The position numbers were made by a program, and so were the translations under genes. Shown here one piece after another: positions 61,927 to 64,000 of a stretch of 64,000 nucleotides of DNA. Position 1 is the stretch's first letter; every line of letters starts with the position of its first letter. The stretch spans positions 96,001-160,000 of the forward strand of contig JBFIHX010000003.1 in NCBI GenBank assembly GCA_041601615.1, written 5' to 3'. The notes under the pieces are model-generated. The model searched no databases. It saw nothing but the letters and a program-made list of their open reading frames with translations, and had not been told where the DNA came from. Source of the stretch: Thermoplasmatota archaeon. GTDB taxonomy: Archaea > Thermoplasmatota > E2 > JACPAO01 > JAHFTW01.

Positions 61927-62346
61927 ATGCGAATCCTGTCTCTGGCCCTCGTCCTCTGCCTCGTTCCGAATGTCATGGCCTCGGGGGACCCAGATGGGGT
62001 CCCGGCCGTTCCCATCGTCCCCGGGACGAATGTGAACCTGCCGGATGCGGACCCAGCCTCGATTCCGGTCTGCCCGAAAGTCGAGGAGCCTGATCCAAGC
62101 TTCCCCCTGCATGGGACCTTTGTGGAAGACTGCATGGTCAAGGCATTCGGCGCCGTAGACACGGTCCTGGAGAAGGACCCGTTCATTGTCTGCACGCCGG
62201 CCCGCATCGGGCGGACCTCCAACATCCCATACTTCGGCGTCAACAAGAATGAGGAGTGCATCGACGACCTTGAGGACGCCGCCCGCGACCTCATCCAAGA
62301 TCCAGAAAGTGGTGTCCCCGGCTTCATCGTCCACTTGGGAGGATGA
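61927..62346 (+). CDS. small secreted protein with two Cys loops (module 3)
   Basis: AGGTGA SD; signal peptide MRILSLALVLCLVPNVMA; C..VEDCM and C..NEECI. Confidence 0.7.
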   Translation: MRILSLALVLCLVPNVMASGDPDGVPAVPIVPGTNVNLPDADPASIPVCPKVEEPDPSFPLHGTFVEDCMVKAFGAVDTVLEKDPFIVCTPARIGRTSNIPYFGVNKNEECIDDLEDAARDLIQDPESGVPGFIVHLGG

Positions 62347-62349
62347 TCC

Positions 62350-63867
62350 ATGAGGCGGGCGTCGTGGACCGTTTGCATCGTGCTGGTTCTCTTGCTCGCC
62401 GCTCCTGGCTCCTTGGCTTGGTCGGCTGATCTGCACGCCCGATCCGTCGAGGCCCATGGCAGTTCGAGAACTACAGCGAATCTGCAAGGGCTCTTTTTCG
62501 AGCAGGCCACCGCGGGCGATGCGCGAGGAAACCCCCAGTTCGCCCTGGAAGCCTCGTTTTTGGAAGTGACCGAGGAATACTCCCAGTTCTACGCGCTTGA
62601 CAACATAGTCAACCCCCTAGAGCCCGAACAACGAAGCCTCTACACGGGGCCCGGGCGCATCAAGGGGCTGCAAAACCAAGATGGCTATGCATTGTGGATC
62701 ACGGACGTGGGCCTAACGCCCGCGCGCGTAGAGGTTGAAGAGTCCCGATGCACGAGGCTTGTTCCGTCGGATCACGGTAGCGAGCGCCGATCCTACCACG
62801 TAGCCACGGCCCGCGACGACCTCATCGTGGACACCTCCGATTCCCTCCGGTGGCAGGGCTGCTCCAACGCAACTGTAACGATTCAGGGCGACCTGTCCTT
62901 GACCCTCTGGTACATCGATGCCGCCCTGGAAGGCAACGGCCGATTCATGCGACTGCAAAGTGGCTACGACGTGGATACCATGCCCGACTTTGGCGACCCC
63001 ATCGGAGGCGCTACGAATGCGCGATCGGCACGAGAACACTTCGTGGTGGCCCACAATGCAACCATGACGATTCCGCTGGAGCCCGGCACCTACGAAGCCT
63101 ACCTTCGAGATTCGAGCGTGCGCGGCGGTTCCTTGTTGCTGGTCGAGGCCACCGGTATCCTTGGAGACAATCAAGTATCCGAGGGCAACCTGGAGCTTCG
63201 CGGCGACCTCATGGCGTCGCTCACTTCCAACGCCGAGACCCGTGCCCTGGACGCCAGCATGAACGGCGAATTGGACCGAGCCGAAATGGACGGAGTGCCG
63301 CTTCCGCTTGCCTCCACAAGCATCGCTGCGCCGAAAACCAGTGCCATGCTGCCGTTCCTGCCCTTCCTGTTTGTGCCGCTCCTGGGTTTGGCTCTAGCGT
63401 GGTATGTGGTTCCCCACATCCTGCACGTCCATGTGCGCCGCCACCACCCCGAAGCACGAGCCGCTTCACTGCGCCAGCGCCGCGCTCAAGCGTGGTCTTG
63501 GCTTTCCGACCAAGCGGATGAACGCAGCCACGCATGGACCAGCCTGCTTCTGGCACGCTTTGCCACTTGGAGCCACCCGAACCCGTCGTACCTAGCCCAG
63601 CAAGTCCGGGCCCAGTGCAACCTAGGTCGCGTGGAGGCAGCGCTGCGCACCCATGCCCGCATCGACCGGTGGCTTCAGGGCGACGACCGAAACCGCGCCC
63701 GCAACGCATGGCATGCATACCGCCTGGCCCACCGACACGAGCATCCAGCCGGATCTATCTGGCTGGACCGGTCGCGGCGCTACCACCCAATGGAATTCCT
63801 GGAGTTGTCCAGGGCGTGGCCCACCGCAGTGGGTCGAGACCACGCCCCAGGGATGGGATACGCCTAG
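62350..63867 (+). CDS. single-pass membrane protein with conserved extracellular domain and TPR-like tail (module 3)
   Basis: Signal peptide; TM LPFLPFLFVPLLGLALAWYVV; motifs shared with 20027 and 40786. Confidence 0.75.
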   Translation: MRRASWTVCIVLVLLLAAPGSLAWSADLHARSVEAHGSSRTTANLQGLFFEQATAGDARGNPQFALEASFLEVTEEYSQFYALDNIVNPLEPEQRSLYTGPGRIKGLQNQDGYALWITDVGLTPARVEVEESRCTRLVPSDHGSERRSYHVATARDDLIVDTSDSLRWQGCSNATVTIQGDLSLTLWYIDAALEGNGRFMRLQSGYDVDTMPDFGDPIGGATNARSAREHFVVAHNATMTIPLEPGTYEAYLRDSSVRGGSLLLVEATGILGDNQVSEGNLELRGDLMASLTSNAETRALDASMNGELDRAEMDGVPLPLASTSIAAPKTSAMLPFLPFLFVPLLGLALAWYVVPHILHVHVRRHHPEARAASLRQRRAQAWSWLSDQADERSHAWTSLLLARFATWSHPNPSYLAQQVRAQCNLGRVEAALRTHARIDRWLQGDDRNRARNAWHAYRLAHRHEHPAGSIWLDRSRRYHPMEFLELSRAWPTAVGRDHAPGMGYA

Positions 63868-64000
63868 GCCGTGCGAATAGCGAGGTCGTAGCCCGCCGCC
63901 GAGGCTTCCGCGAGTGCCGCTTCCAGGCTTGCTCCGCCTTCGCCCACGTGGACGAGTGTGTTCTGGCAGCAGGAAAGGCCTACGGTGTTGACGACGCCGA
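63864..64000 (-). CDS. C-terminus of a probable further trypsin-like protease (truncated by the window)
   Basis: GVVNTVGL...GASLEAALAEA..* resembles WGVTSTL...GSIQKALAYA of 59559..60452. Confidence 0.45.
   Translation of the reverse strand, partial: GVVNTVGLSCCQNTLVHVGEGGASLEAALAEASAAGYDLAIRTA

Overview
GC-rich archaeal chromosome segment, most consistent with an uncultured Thermoplasmatota lineage. Archaeal markers: rps13-rps4-rps11-rpoD-tRNA-Leu, spt5, secE, nreA with PIP box, A-type ATP synthase HIKECFAB with no atpD after it. It also carries bacterial-type metK and gpsA, two small defence islets (AT-rich Zn-finger/PD-(D/E)XK/GmrSD-like at the start; DUF3883-like plus AAA ATPase after tRNA-Leu) and many lipoproteins. 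The most striking unexplained structure is a module present three times (about 19.7-21.9, 39.9-42.6 and 61.5-63.9 kb). Each has a secreted protein with a short C-x(17-21)-C loop, tightly coupled to a paralogous single-pass membrane protein (conserved extracellular beta-rich domain, cytoplasmic TPR-like tail), next to a small DNA-binding regulator (RHH or double winged-HTH). This is a candidate undescribed archaeal ligand/receptor/regulator system. A possible fourth loop-protein gene has an in-frame TGA where the first Cys is expected. All calls come from motif recognition by eye; no searches were run.
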